20,666 nucleotides of DNA from Spirochaetota bacterium (GTDB taxonomy: Bacteria > Spirochaetota > UBA4802 > JAFGDQ01): positions 1 to 20,666 of the forward strand of contig JAZDKB010000022.1 of the NCBI GenBank assembly GCA_043803405.1, written 5' to 3'. Numbering within the stretch: position 1 is the first letter of the stretch; each line of letters begins with the position of its first letter. The notes under the pieces were generated by a model that saw nothing but the letters and a program-made list of their open reading frames with translations, searched no databases and had not been told where the DNA came from. Shown here piece after piece: positions 8,349-17,592 of this stretch. Both the position numbers and the translations under genes were made by a program.

Positions 8349-8498
8349 ACATTATTATAAAACATATAAATTGCTGGTTCATTAAAAAAGTTGACATTAT
8401 TAAAATTTTGATTTAATAAAATTTACTGACTGTTTATTTGTATTCATGAAAGCTAATCGCATATATAGTTAAAAACTATTTTATCTTTGGCGGATTAA

Positions 8499-9785
8499 AT
8501 GCAGAAGAGTGATACTGAAATACATTCTCTTGGCGAATGTTTGTATGATTCTCCACTGGACATTCCTCAATTTATTGACGAAGGCAACAGGGTTATTGTC
8601 GATGTTGAACTTGACAAAATAGAAAATGCTTATAAAAGAGACGAGCTTCTTTCTTTTGAGAATGCCGGTCCCAGAAAGATTATATTTTTCAATCCTTTAA
8701 AAACAACGGCTGCTATTGTAACATGCGGCGGGCTTTGTCCCGGGCTTAACAATGTAATTCAGAGCATTGTGAACCATCTTTATTTTCAGTATGGCGTTAA
8801 AAAAATACTTGGAGTACAGTACGGTTATGAAGGATTGATACCGTCTTATGGACATGCTTTTATTGAATTAACGCCGGATTACGTGGAAGATTTTCATGAA
8901 AAAGGCGGGACCATGCTCGCTTCATCCCGCGGCATGCAGGATGTTCCGGCAATGGTTGATACTCTTGTTAAAAACAAGATAGATATTTTATTTACTATAG
9001 GCGGCGACGGCACAATGCGCGGCGCGGATGCCATGCATAAAGAGATCATCAGACGCGGTTTAAAGATATCAATTGCTGGCATTCCGAAAACAATCGATAA
9101 CGATATCAGCTTTGTAGACAGGACATTCGGATTTTCGACTGCTGTTACAATTGCGAATACTGCCGCACAGGCCGCACATGCGGAGGCAAAGGGCGCGCGT
9201 AACGGTATAGGACTTCTTAAGCTTATGGGAAGGGATTCCGGGTTTATTGCTGTTTATACGGCTCTCGCATCGAACGAAGCAAATTACGTATTCATACCGG
9301 AAATAGGAATTAAGCTCTCCGGTGAAAACAGCTTTCTGGAACATCTGCATAACAGGCTTAAAAGGCGCGGACACGCTGTAATAATTGTAGCTGAGGGAGC
9401 AGGGCAGGATTATTTTAAAGACAATAAACAGTTTGACGCCTCGGGCAATATAAAATACGGGGATATAGGGCTGTTCTTAAAAGACGAAATAAACAAATAT
9501 TTTAAACAGATCGATTTCCATATTAACTTAAAATATATCGATCCGAGCTATATGATACGCAGCATGCCTGCTTCTGCTGACGATGCGGTATTTTGTATTA
9601 TGCTTGCCCAGAATGCTGTTCACGGCGCAATGGCCGGCAAAAGCGGGTTTCTTGTCGGCAGATGGAATAATTATTTTACTTTTATTCCATTCAAGCTAGC
9701 GACTGAAAAGCGGAAAAAGATAGACCCTAAAGGATATCTCTGGTCTATTTTAAAGAGTTCGACTGGTCAGCCCGATTTTTATTAA
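8499..9785 (+). CDS. pfkA: ATP-dependent 6-phosphofructokinase (group II, clade X type)
   Basis: AAIVTCGGLCPGLN, TIGGDGT (Gly indicates ATP specificity), PKTIDND, MGRDSG, AEGAG, YIDPSY; N-terminal FENAGPR extension typical of clade X. Confidence 0.95.
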   Translation: MQKSDTEIHSLGECLYDSPLDIPQFIDEGNRVIVDVELDKIENAYKRDELLSFENAGPRKIIFFNPLKTTAAIVTCGGLCPGLNNVIQSIVNHLYFQYGVKKILGVQYGYEGLIPSYGHAFIELTPDYVEDFHEKGGTMLASSRGMQDVPAMVDTLVKNKIDILFTIGGDGTMRGADAMHKEIIRRGLKISIAGIPKTIDNDISFVDRTFGFSTAVTIANTAAQAAHAEAKGARNGIGLLKLMGRDSGFIAVYTALASNEANYVFIPEIGIKLSGENSFLEHLHNRLKRRGHAVIIVAEGAGQDYFKDNKQFDASGNIKYGDIGLFLKDEINKYFKQIDFHINLKYIDPSYMIRSMPASADDAVFCIMLAQNAVHGAMAGKSGFLVGRWNNYFTFIPFKLATEKRKKIDPKGYLWSILKSSTGQPDFY

Positions 9786-9804
9786 TTGTAACTTAAAAGA
9801 AATA

Positions 9805-9885
9805 TTAACCTCTGATGGACACGGATAAAAACAAATTAATATGAGAATATTTTTTGCAACAGGTTCTGTGTTTATTTTACGTTAA
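9805..9885. repeat. Degenerate copy of ~80-bp palindromic intergenic element
   Basis: Left arm ttaacctctgatggacacggataaaa, right arm ttctgtgtttattttacgttaa; resembles the element at 12952-13031. Confidence 0.5.
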
Positions 9886-9940
9886 GAATATAAATAAATG
9901 GACATAAGAAAAGGAATGTTAGTTCCGGAAGGATACACAA

Positions 9941-12900
9941 TTGGAAAAAGCAAAGACGCGAATTGAAGTATTTTACAAAATAAAAGATTACCGTTGTGAA
10001 GTAATAAAAAAGAAGCTTGAAAGACTTGACTGCGATATTAAAGAAATATTTTTAAGCAATAACTATCTGTTGAACATTAATATGAGTGATTACGAAATTA
10101 AAAAAATCGCTGATTCACTGACTCAGCATGTTTCACAGGACTGCGTTATTAATGCTCCTTTTATTCCCAAAAATTTAGCTTATGCGATCGAAATAGGGTT
10201 TCTGCCAGGCGTTACAGATAATGTTGCGCATACTGTAATGGAGATGATCCGGGACTTTTCCAGAAAGTCTGGAAAAGCAGACCTGGATACTGAAAAGTCG
10301 GTTTTTACGACAATTACGTATTTTATTGGCGGGAATGTGAACGCCGATGATGCACGCAATATAGGAATGGAGCTTTACAATCCTTTGATTGAAAGAATGA
10401 AAATATTTTCGCGTGATGAGTACATTAAGAATAACGGGATGGGAATGGATGTCCCTGTAGTGCATATTTCCGAAAGACCGGAAGCCGATGAAGTGAATCT
10501 TAATGTGCCGGAGGAGGAGTTAATCCGGCTTGGCAAGGAAGGAATACGGGATAAGGACGGGTTAAGAAGAGGCCCGCTTGCGCTTGACCTGCTGTTTATA
10601 TCTTCCATAAAAAAATACTTTAATGATATTGAAAAAAGAAATCCGACAGACATTGAGCTTGAATCGATTGCACAGACATGGAGCGAGCATTGTAAGCATA
10701 CAATTTTTTCATCAAAACTGGATGAGATTGATGACGGGATTTTTAAAAGTTATATAAAAGCCGCAACCGATACGATACGCAGAAAAAAAGGCGCGGAGGA
10801 CTTTTGCGTTTCAGTGTTTGAGGATAATTCTGGCGGTATTGCGTTCGACGAGAATTACATAATCTCGGATAAGGTTGAGACGCACAACAGCCCGAGCGCG
10901 CTCGATCCTTTCGGGGGCGCGGTCACCGGCATTGTAGGCGTTAACAGGGATGCTATCGGGTTCGGCATGGGCGCAAAGCCGATCGCCAACAGATACGGAT
11001 ATTGCTTTGCCGATCCTGCGGACGAAAGGCCGCTATACAGGCAGAAAAGCAGGGACTCCCGGATTCTTTTTCCGCGTCGCATTATGGAGGGCGTGATACG
11101 CGGAGTAAATGTTGGCGGCAATCAGTCCGGTATACCGACTCCGCAGGGATTTATCTACTTCGATGAGCGCTACAAGGGAAAACCTCTTGTTTTTGTAGGC
11201 ACTGTGGGTTTGTTGCCGCGTAAAGTAAACTCTTCTTCTTCTGTAGAAAAAAAAGCCATTCCGGGCGACTGTATAGTAATGATAGGCGGGAGAGTAGGCC
11301 GCGACGGCATTCACGGCGCCACGTTTTCTTCGGAAGCGCTCGATTCCGGAAGTCCTGCAACGGCAGTTCAGATTGGCGATCCCATTACCCAGAAAAAGCT
11401 CTCGGATGCGATAGTAAAAGAGGCGCGTGATAAAGGTCTTTATAATTCGATTACCGATAACGGGGCAGGTGGGCTTTCGTGCTCAGTAGCCGAGATGGCA
11501 AAGGAGTGCGGCGGTTTCGAGGTAGATCTTGACAAAGTCCCGCTTAAGTATCACGGCCTTGCACCATGGCAGATATGGATCAGTGAATCGCAGGAAAGGA
11601 TGACGCTTTCAGTGCCGCAGAAAAAACTGGCTGAATTTTTCAGCGTAATGAATAAAAACGGTGTGGAAGCAACGGTGATCGGGACATTTACCGGCAGCGG
11701 CAGAGGAAAAGTAACATTCAATGGAAAGACCGTGTTCGATCTTGACATGGATTTTCTTCACAACGGACTCCCAAAAAGAACTCTTAATACAATAAAAAAA
11801 GATAAAAAAAATGTATTCCCTGGATTCCCTGAACTTGCGGATTACACCGGATATTTTCATTCAATGACAGGCAGGCTAAATAATGCAGGATTTGAATTTA
11901 TATCAGCTCAGTACGATCACGAGGTTCAGGCAAATTCCGTGATAAAGCCTTTGCAGGGCAAAGGCAGAATCAACGGGAACGCGAGCGTTATACGTCCATT
12001 ACCGGGTTCCAGTAAGGGAGTTGTTCTTTCGCAGAGCCTTTATCCTTCGTACAGCAGCATAGATACGTACCGGATGGCAGCCTGTTCAATAGACACGGCT
12101 ATCAGGAATGCGGTAGCTGCAGGATGCAGGCTTGACAGGCTAGCGCTTCTCGACAATTTCTGCTGGTGCGATTCAAATAATCCGGAGCGCCTTGGCGAGC
12201 TAAAGGACGCTGCAAAGGGATGCTATGACTTTGCAGTAGCGTACGGGACACCGTTCATTTCAGGCAAGGACAGCATGTTCAACGATTTTAAAGGTTACGA
12301 CGAAAACTTTAAAGACATATTCATTTCGGTTCCGCCTACGCTTCTTATATCTTCAATTGGAATCGTTGAAGACGTGTTAAAGTGTCAGACGATTGACTTT
12401 AAATTTCCAGGAGACCTCATCTATATCATCGGGGAAACTGCAGACGAACTCGGCGGCTCGGAATATCATGCATACATCAGGGAACTTCTATTCAACAATA
12501 ATCGCGATTATATCAGCAATTCAATGCCTGGAGTAAATACGGAAAAAAACATTACATTATATAAAGCCTTTGAGCGCGCTCTTGAAAGAGATCTTATAGC
12601 TTCGTCGATAAGCGTTGAGAGAGGCGGACTTGCTCTTGCGCTGGCTAAGTCATCTATGGCCGGGCTGCTGGGATTTAACATTGACCTGTCAAAGACACCC
12701 GCAGCAAAAACATTAAGAACAGATGCGCTTTTATTCTCCGAATCACAAGGCAGAATTTTAGTAAGTGTTGATCCTGCAAATAAAAAATTATTCGAAGATA
12801 TTTTCAAGGGCATTTCTTACGCATGCCTTGGTTCTGTATCAAACGAAAAGACAATAATTATAAAGCGTAATGATGTTTTAGTTGTTAAGACAGATGTAGA

Positions 12901-12943
12901 CGCAATAATAAAAATATATAAAAGTGCGTTTAAAGGATTTTAA
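9941..12943 (+). CDS. purL: Phosphoribosylformylglycinamidine synthase, synthetase subunit with N-terminal PurS-like extension
   Basis: QTWSEHCKH, KVETHNSPS, GRDGIHGA, DNGAGG, SESQERM, SGKDSM, LFSESQGR; TTG start with GGAAGGA SD; no glutaminase domain. Confidence 0.96.
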   Translation: MEKAKTRIEVFYKIKDYRCEVIKKKLERLDCDIKEIFLSNNYLLNINMSDYEIKKIADSLTQHVSQDCVINAPFIPKNLAYAIEIGFLPGVTDNVAHTVMEMIRDFSRKSGKADLDTEKSVFTTITYFIGGNVNADDARNIGMELYNPLIERMKIFSRDEYIKNNGMGMDVPVVHISERPEADEVNLNVPEEELIRLGKEGIRDKDGLRRGPLALDLLFISSIKKYFNDIEKRNPTDIELESIAQTWSEHCKHTIFSSKLDEIDDGIFKSYIKAATDTIRRKKGAEDFCVSVFEDNSGGIAFDENYIISDKVETHNSPSALDPFGGAVTGIVGVNRDAIGFGMGAKPIANRYGYCFADPADERPLYRQKSRDSRILFPRRIMEGVIRGVNVGGNQSGIPTPQGFIYFDERYKGKPLVFVGTVGLLPRKVNSSSSVEKKAIPGDCIVMIGGRVGRDGIHGATFSSEALDSGSPATAVQIGDPITQKKLSDAIVKEARDKGLYNSITDNGAGGLSCSVAEMAKECGGFEVDLDKVPLKYHGLAPWQIWISESQERMTLSVPQKKLAEFFSVMNKNGVEATVIGTFTGSGRGKVTFNGKTVFDLDMDFLHNGLPKRTLNTIKKDKKNVFPGFPELADYTGYFHSMTGRLNNAGFEFISAQYDHEVQANSVIKPLQGKGRINGNASVIRPLPGSSKGVVLSQSLYPSYSSIDTYRMAACSIDTAIRNAVAAGCRLDRLALLDNFCWCDSNNPERLGELKDAAKGCYDFAVAYGTPFISGKDSMFNDFKGYDENFKDIFISVPPTLLISSIGIVEDVLKCQTIDFKFPGDLIYIIGETADELGGSEYHAYIRELLFNNNRDYISNSMPGVNTEKNITLYKAFERALERDLIASSISVERGGLALALAKSSMAGLLGFNIDLSKTPAAKTLRTDALLFSESQGRILVSVDPANKKLFEDIFKGISYACLGSVSNEKTIIIKRNDVLVVKTDVDAIIKIYKSAFKGF

Positions 12944-12951
12944 AAATACTC

Positions 12952-13031
12952 ACCACAGATTCACACAGATAAAATAAATCTTTCTTAAAATTGATTTTTT
13001 ATATCTGCGTTCATTCGTGTTTATCTGTGGT
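12952..13031. repeat. ~80-bp palindromic intergenic element built from 10-bp-periodic ACAGAT/ATCTGT units
   Basis: accacagat-tcacacagat-aaaa ... atatctgcgttc-attcgtgttt-atctgtggt; the terminal 9 bp are a perfect inverted repeat. Confidence 0.75.
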
Positions 13032-13056
13032 TAAAAAAATAACAGGAACGATCTTT

Positions 13057-13863
13057 ATGCCAAAACCGCGAGTACTTGTGCTTACAGGATACGGAATAAA
13101 CTGCGAAGAAGAGACTGCTTATGCGTTTGAGAAAGCAGGAGCAGTTTCAAAAATCCTGCATATAAACGAAATAATTGAAGCTCCAGCTGTATTAAATGAA
13201 TACCAGGTATTTGTATTTCCTGGCGGATTTTCATATGGAGACGATACCGGCAGCGGAAAGGCAATGGCAAATAAAATCAAGAATAACCTGGAAGAAGAGT
13301 TCAGGTCATTTATCGAAAGAGATACTCTGATGCTCGGTATATGCAACGGTTTTCAGGTAATGGTAAATCTGGGGATTCTGCCTGCTCTTGGAGGTTATTT
13401 AAAGAAGGCCGAGGTGTCGCTTGAAAATAACAGGACTTTCAGATACGAGTGCAGATGGGTGGATTTAAACATTGTCAAATCGCCTTCGGTTTTTACTAAA
13501 GGCATCGTAAAACTCCATATACCTGTTGCGCACGGCGAGGGCAATTTTTACGCAAACGAATCTGTATTAAACGAGATTGAAAAGCAAGATCTAGTCACGA
13601 TGCGTTACGCAACACCGGACGGTAGCCCTGCAAACGGCGAGTTCCCATACAGCCCCAACGGATCGATAAACGATATCGCAGCAATCTGCGATAAATCCGG
13701 CAGGCTTATGGGTATGATGCCGCATCCTGAAAGGAACGTTCTTTTTACACATAGCGACGACTGGACATTTATTAAAGAGAAAGCCAGAAGAGAAAAAGCC
13801 CCTATCCCTGAAGCAGGCGAGGGGCTCGTGATCTTTAAAAATGCTGTGGAGTATTTTAAGTAA
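13057..13863 (+). CDS. purQ: Phosphoribosylformylglycinamidine synthase glutaminase subunit
   Basis: GYGINCEEE, PGGFSYGDD, GICNGFQ (catalytic Cys), AHGEG, MMPHPER (His/Glu). Start moved to ATG 13057 (SD AGGA); the longer TTG start reads through the repeat. Confidence 0.95.
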   Translation: MPKPRVLVLTGYGINCEEETAYAFEKAGAVSKILHINEIIEAPAVLNEYQVFVFPGGFSYGDDTGSGKAMANKIKNNLEEEFRSFIERDTLMLGICNGFQVMVNLGILPALGGYLKKAEVSLENNRTFRYECRWVDLNIVKSPSVFTKGIVKLHIPVAHGEGNFYANESVLNEIEKQDLVTMRYATPDGSPANGEFPYSPNGSINDIAAICDKSGRLMGMMPHPERNVLFTHSDDWTFIKEKARREKAPIPEAGEGLVIFKNAVEYFK

Positions 13864-14020
13864 GCCAACTTAGCTGACTTTACCTTGAAATACATTACAA
13901 AATTTTTGAGGACGCCTTTCAGGCCTGAAGCAAAAACCAATAAATACGTGAAAAATTATCCTCGAAGGCCTGATTCCGCAGAAAATTTTATATAAAACTT
14001 AATTTTAAGTTAAGATGTAA

Positions 14021-15352
14021 TTAAAACTTCGATTTCTTCCCGTTCATCCAGCGTCCGGATTCTTCGTCAATGAGCGCGCCTTTTTCGTTATAGACTTTCC
14101 ACATGCCGTTTTTCTTATCATTCATATATTCCCCTTCAGCTTTCACCTTGCCGTTCGGGAAATATTCTTTGTATTTGCCGCTTAACTTATCCATCATGTA
14201 ATTGGCTTCTATCTTTTTAACCCTGCCGCCTGCGTAATATTCAATATGCTGACCGTTTTTCCTGGGCAACTGCCAGTTACCAGACCACTTATATGTAATA
14301 TTTGCCTTCGGATTATCAGCCGGAGCATCAATAAATATTTCTTCAGCTTCTTCTTTACCACCGACATACTTTTTAAATATACCCTTTACCATGCCTGTCA
14401 TACTGCCTTCTGCTGCAAGCGCGCCGTTATCATAAATCTTTCCTTTTCCTGTGGCCATACCGCCGGTCAGCTCAAGCTCCATTCTTAATTGTCTTGCATT
14501 ATTTTTATAGGAATAAAATTTCCAGAAACCGCTTTCTTTATTTTTATCGTAATCGCCTTCCTTTTGCAATAAGCCTTCCTTTGAATAGAACTGCCATCTC
14601 CCCTGCCTTTGCGACACCTGCTGCTCTTCTTTCTTTACGGACATTTTCCCTATAATAAAGCTGCCCGACATCTGCAACTGGCCGTTATCATAGAAAATTT
14701 TCCAGTCCCCGTTTCTCAAGTCGTCCTGATACATCCCCATCTCTTTAGGCTTCCCGGTTTCCCAGTATACATTGCTTTTTCCGTTATGTTTATTATCAGT
14801 AAACCATGATATTTCCTTTGGATTTCCGTTTTCAAAAAACTCCTGGTGTTTTCCTTTCTTTACGCCATTAACATACTCTTCTTCAAGTTTGACCTTATTG
14901 CCTGAAGAATAATATGTAGTTTTGTTTCCTTCAATCCCTCCGACCTTTCCGAATTCGCTGTTTCTTATTACATATCTGGCTTCCCACATTTTTTCGCCCG
15001 ATTCATAATTTCCTGTCCATGGGCCAGTTTTCTGATCTTCTTCAAACGCGCCTTCCGAATTCTTTGCTCCATTTTTATAATAATATAACCATTGCCCGTT
15101 TTGTTTATCATTCAGATAATTGCCTTCAGCCAGTTTTTCACTGGTTGCTTTATGGAATAAAGTCCATTTCCCGTCTTTCTGAAAATTTTTATAATTCCCG
15201 CTGCCTTTAAGCGAACCATCGTCCCAGAATATTTTGCCTGGCCCTTCTTTTACCTTTTCTTCTTTTCCGCCTTTTTTCTCCGAAGTTGATGAGCACGCAA
15301 AAAGAAGAGCTGTGATTGCAAATAATGCGATCAAGTTGAGTTTACTTTTCAT
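14021..15352 (-). CDS. MORN-variant repeat lipoprotein (similar in architecture to Leptospira LIC20035-family adhesin)
   Basis: Lipobox LLFA-C20; GGAG SD; many G-x-Y-x-x-x-K-x-x-G-x-W-x-x-Y/F-Y repeats over 443 aa. Confidence 0.82.
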   Translation of the reverse strand: MKSKLNLIALFAITALLFACSSTSEKKGGKEEKVKEGPGKIFWDDGSLKGSGNYKNFQKDGKWTLFHKATSEKLAEGNYLNDKQNGQWLYYYKNGAKNSEGAFEEDQKTGPWTGNYESGEKMWEARYVIRNSEFGKVGGIEGNKTTYYSSGNKVKLEEEYVNGVKKGKHQEFFENGNPKEISWFTDNKHNGKSNVYWETGKPKEMGMYQDDLRNGDWKIFYDNGQLQMSGSFIIGKMSVKKEEQQVSQRQGRWQFYSKEGLLQKEGDYDKNKESGFWKFYSYKNNARQLRMELELTGGMATGKGKIYDNGALAAEGSMTGMVKGIFKKYVGGKEEAEEIFIDAPADNPKANITYKWSGNWQLPRKNGQHIEYYAGGRVKKIEANYMMDKLSGKYKEYFPNGKVKAEGEYMNDKKNGMWKVYNEKGALIDEESGRWMNGKKSKF

Positions 15353-15481
15353 TTTTTTACTCCATTAATAAAATATTTATTATGATAAATGTTAAGATTA
15401 TTTGTGTTTACAATTTTTAAATACAGTAATTGAGAAGCCGCAGTTTATATTTGTCAATGGAAAAATTATTACTTTTTAATA

Positions 15482-15509
15482 TCAAGGCGTGTATCAATAA
15501 TTCCGAGAA
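15482..15509 (+). promoter_or_regulatory. Possible sigma-28 (FliA)-type promoter for the flg operon
   Basis: TCAAG-N15-TCCGAGAA versus TAAA-N15-GCCGATAA; spacing 1 nt long with mismatches; 62 nt upstream of flgG. Confidence 0.3.
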
Positions 15510-15571
15510 TAAATATTAGAAGTAAAATAAAATAGCTAAATATTAATTATTATAAGTTTCAGGAGGAAATC

Positions 15572-16366
15572 ATGTTAAGGTCATTATGGACAGGCGCTTC
15601 CGGAATGATTGGCCAGCAATTTAATATAGACACAATATCGAATAATCTTTCCAATGTTAATACAACTGGTTTTAAAAAAAGCAGGGCAGAATTTGAGGAT
15701 CTAATATACCAGACAATCCTTATGGCAGGCACACCTGCAACGGAAATAACTGAAGTCCCTACAGGAATTCAGGTAGGCCATGGAGTAAAAACAGCTGCAA
15801 CTCAAAAGATGTTTCAGCAGGGAAGCCTGCAGTCAACTGAAAACAAACTGGATATTGCTCTTGAAGGAGAAGGTTTCTTCAAGATACAATTATATGACGG
15901 CACTATTGCGTATACACGCGACGGTTCATTTAAAATAGATTCGAACAGACAGGTTGTCAACTCAAACGGCTACCTGCTTGAGCCTCCTATTATTTTACCG
16001 GAAAATTTTATAATGAATACGCTTTCCATAAGCCAGGACGGAAGGGTAACAGTAAATGTCACAGGCGATGATGATACTGTAGACGTAGGCCAGCTTGAAA
16101 TTGCAAGATTTGTAAATCCGGCAGGATTGAACAGCATAGGAGCAAATCTGTATAAAATTACGCCGGCATCAGGCGAAGAAATAGCAGGCCAGCCCGGCAT
16201 AGACGGGATGGCAAAGACACATCAGGGATTTCTTGAAATGTCCAACGTAAAGATAGTGGAAGAAATGGTCAGCATGATAGTAGCCCAGAGAGCATACGAA
16301 ATCAATTCGAAATCTATACAGACTTCCGACAGTTTGCTTGCTACTGCAATAGGACTAAAGAGATAA
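15572..16366 (+). CDS. flgG: Flagellar basal-body distal rod protein
   Basis: MLRSLWTGASGM, ISNNLSNVNTTGFKK, YTRDGSF, LEMSNV, AQRAYEINSK; AGGAGG SD. Confidence 0.97.
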   Translation: MLRSLWTGASGMIGQQFNIDTISNNLSNVNTTGFKKSRAEFEDLIYQTILMAGTPATEITEVPTGIQVGHGVKTAATQKMFQQGSLQSTENKLDIALEGEGFFKIQLYDGTIAYTRDGSFKIDSNRQVVNSNGYLLEPPIILPENFIMNTLSISQDGRVTVNVTGDDDTVDVGQLEIARFVNPAGLNSIGANLYKITPASGEEIAGQPGIDGMAKTHQGFLEMSNVKIVEEMVSMIVAQRAYEINSKSIQTSDSLLATAIGLKR

Positions 16367-16893
16367 TGTTTAAAAGAATAATTCAGGTTCTGGTATCGAT
16401 TTGTTTTATAAGCAGTGCATTAAATGCTGAAATAAAACTATATCTTAAACCTGCATTTACTCTTGTTTCAGATAATACGCTTTTAAGCGATATTGCGGCA
16501 ATCGAAGGCAATTACAGTGAAATCGAAAAAATAAAATCTGTCAGCATTGGCACCGAGCTTTACTCGGACGGTTACGTAGACAGGAAAGAGATACTCTCGC
16601 TCCTTAAATACACAGAAGAAAATATTAGTATTTACGGTAATGCCGTCCGCGTAATAAGCAGTCCGCAGACAGAAAAAGCGATTTCAAGTCAAAACGATTT
16701 CCTTGTTAAGAAAGGTGATCGCGTGGAAATAATCGTGCTGAACAAAGGTATTTCCCTTATGCTCAGAGGAATCGTTCTTAATGAAGGCAGAATGAATGAA
16801 GAAATCTTAGTAAGACCTGACAGATCCAGATCAGTATCACGCCAACTAAAAGGTAAAGTAAAAGGCAAAGATCGGGTTGAGGTTAAGCTATGA
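16366..16893 (+). CDS. flgA: Flagellar P-ring formation chaperone FlgA-like
   Basis: Signal peptide; C-terminal LVKKGDRVEI...GIVLNEGRMNEEILVR matches the FlgA C-domain; lies between flgG and flgH with overlapping start/stop codons. Confidence 0.75.
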   Translation: MFKRIIQVLVSICFISSALNAEIKLYLKPAFTLVSDNTLLSDIAAIEGNYSEIEKIKSVSIGTELYSDGYVDRKEILSLLKYTEENISIYGNAVRVISSPQTEKAISSQNDFLVKKGDRVEIIVLNKGISLMLRGIVLNEGRMNEEILVRPDRSRSVSRQLKGKVKGKDRVEVKL

Positions 16894-17531
16894 AAAGATT
16901 CATAGTATTTACAATGTTATTTTTGTTTCTCACTTTTCACTTCGACATTTATTCCAAAACACTATGGACGGATAGAAATATTTACGCTTCCGGTACTAAC
17001 TTAAATATCGGCGATATAGTCGTAGTTAACATCAATGATGTCTCGCAATTAAAGTTCAATATAACATATAATAACGATAATTCTTTTAATGTTATTTCAA
17101 ATCCGGATACTACCATTACCGGATTCCTGCCGAAGATATCATCTAATAAAAAAATCACGGCCAGCGATAAGTCCGATTTTTCCGGCAAGAGCGGTTTAAG
17201 CATTACAATTGCATCAAGAATAATAAACAAACTGAACGACGGCAAACTGACCATTAACGGCACACGGGAATATTCATTTAACGGAAAAATAAACAGGTTC
17301 ACTTTATCCGGCATTGTAGACCCTGAACTGATTAAGGGCAGGAGCGTGATGTCAAAGAATGTTGCGGATTTCAGGCTCGAGATACGCGGGCTTATGGAAA
17401 AGGGCGCTGTTAACCTAATAAGACCGGACTTGAAGGAGGGAGAGGCATCTTCCACTAATCTTACTGAAGATGAGAAACAGAAGATCATCTGGGATTACAT
17501 CAATAAAATGCTTAGAGAGATCAGCAGATAG
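16890..17531 (+). CDS. flgH: Flagellar L-ring protein FlgH-like
   Basis: LWTDRN, IGDIVVVNI, GKLTINGTRE, LSGIVDPELI, SKNVAD; operon position between flgA and flgI. Confidence 0.85.
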   Translation: MKRFIVFTMLFLFLTFHFDIYSKTLWTDRNIYASGTNLNIGDIVVVNINDVSQLKFNITYNNDNSFNVISNPDTTITGFLPKISSNKKITASDKSDFSGKSGLSITIASRIINKLNDGKLTINGTREYSFNGKINRFTLSGIVDPELIKGRSVMSKNVADFRLEIRGLMEKGAVNLIRPDLKEGEASSTNLTEDEKQKIIWDYINKMLREISR

Positions 17532-17592
17532 TAATAGAAATGCTATGTCGTTTATTTAAGACAATAATATCACTTATTTTACTTTTAATATA

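Noticed and set aside
8391..8422. Definite sigma-70 promoter for pfkA (TTGACA at 8391)
   Set aside because: Perfect -35 but candidate -10 boxes fall at 15- or 20-nt spacing; the TTGACA at 9-14 and at 15452-15457 (minus) likewise lack a good -10 at 17 nt.
7951..8498. CRISPR array or replication origin in the long AT-rich intergenic region
   Set aside because: No regularly spaced 25-40 bp repeats and no cluster of DnaA boxes (TTATCCACA); the repeats fit transcription-factor sites better.
9844..9861. Extra enhancer-like box (TTTTTGCAACA) upstream of purL
   Set aside because: Only a half-site, inside the repeat spacer, with no sigma-54 promoter nearby.
10175..12813. Multiple 65-101 aa antisense ORFs within purL
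   Set aside because: Fully overlap a conserved enzyme gene; composition is typical of reverse-frame artefacts.
12991..13056. N-terminal extension of PurQ (MIFYICVHSCLSVV...) from the TTG start
   Set aside because: It is a translation of the palindromic repeat arm; PurQ homology and an SD begin at ATG 13057.
14021..15352. Toxin-antitoxin (YwqK-type) interpretation of the MORN protein
   Set aside because: No neighbouring toxin; the lipobox and length fit an envelope lipoprotein.
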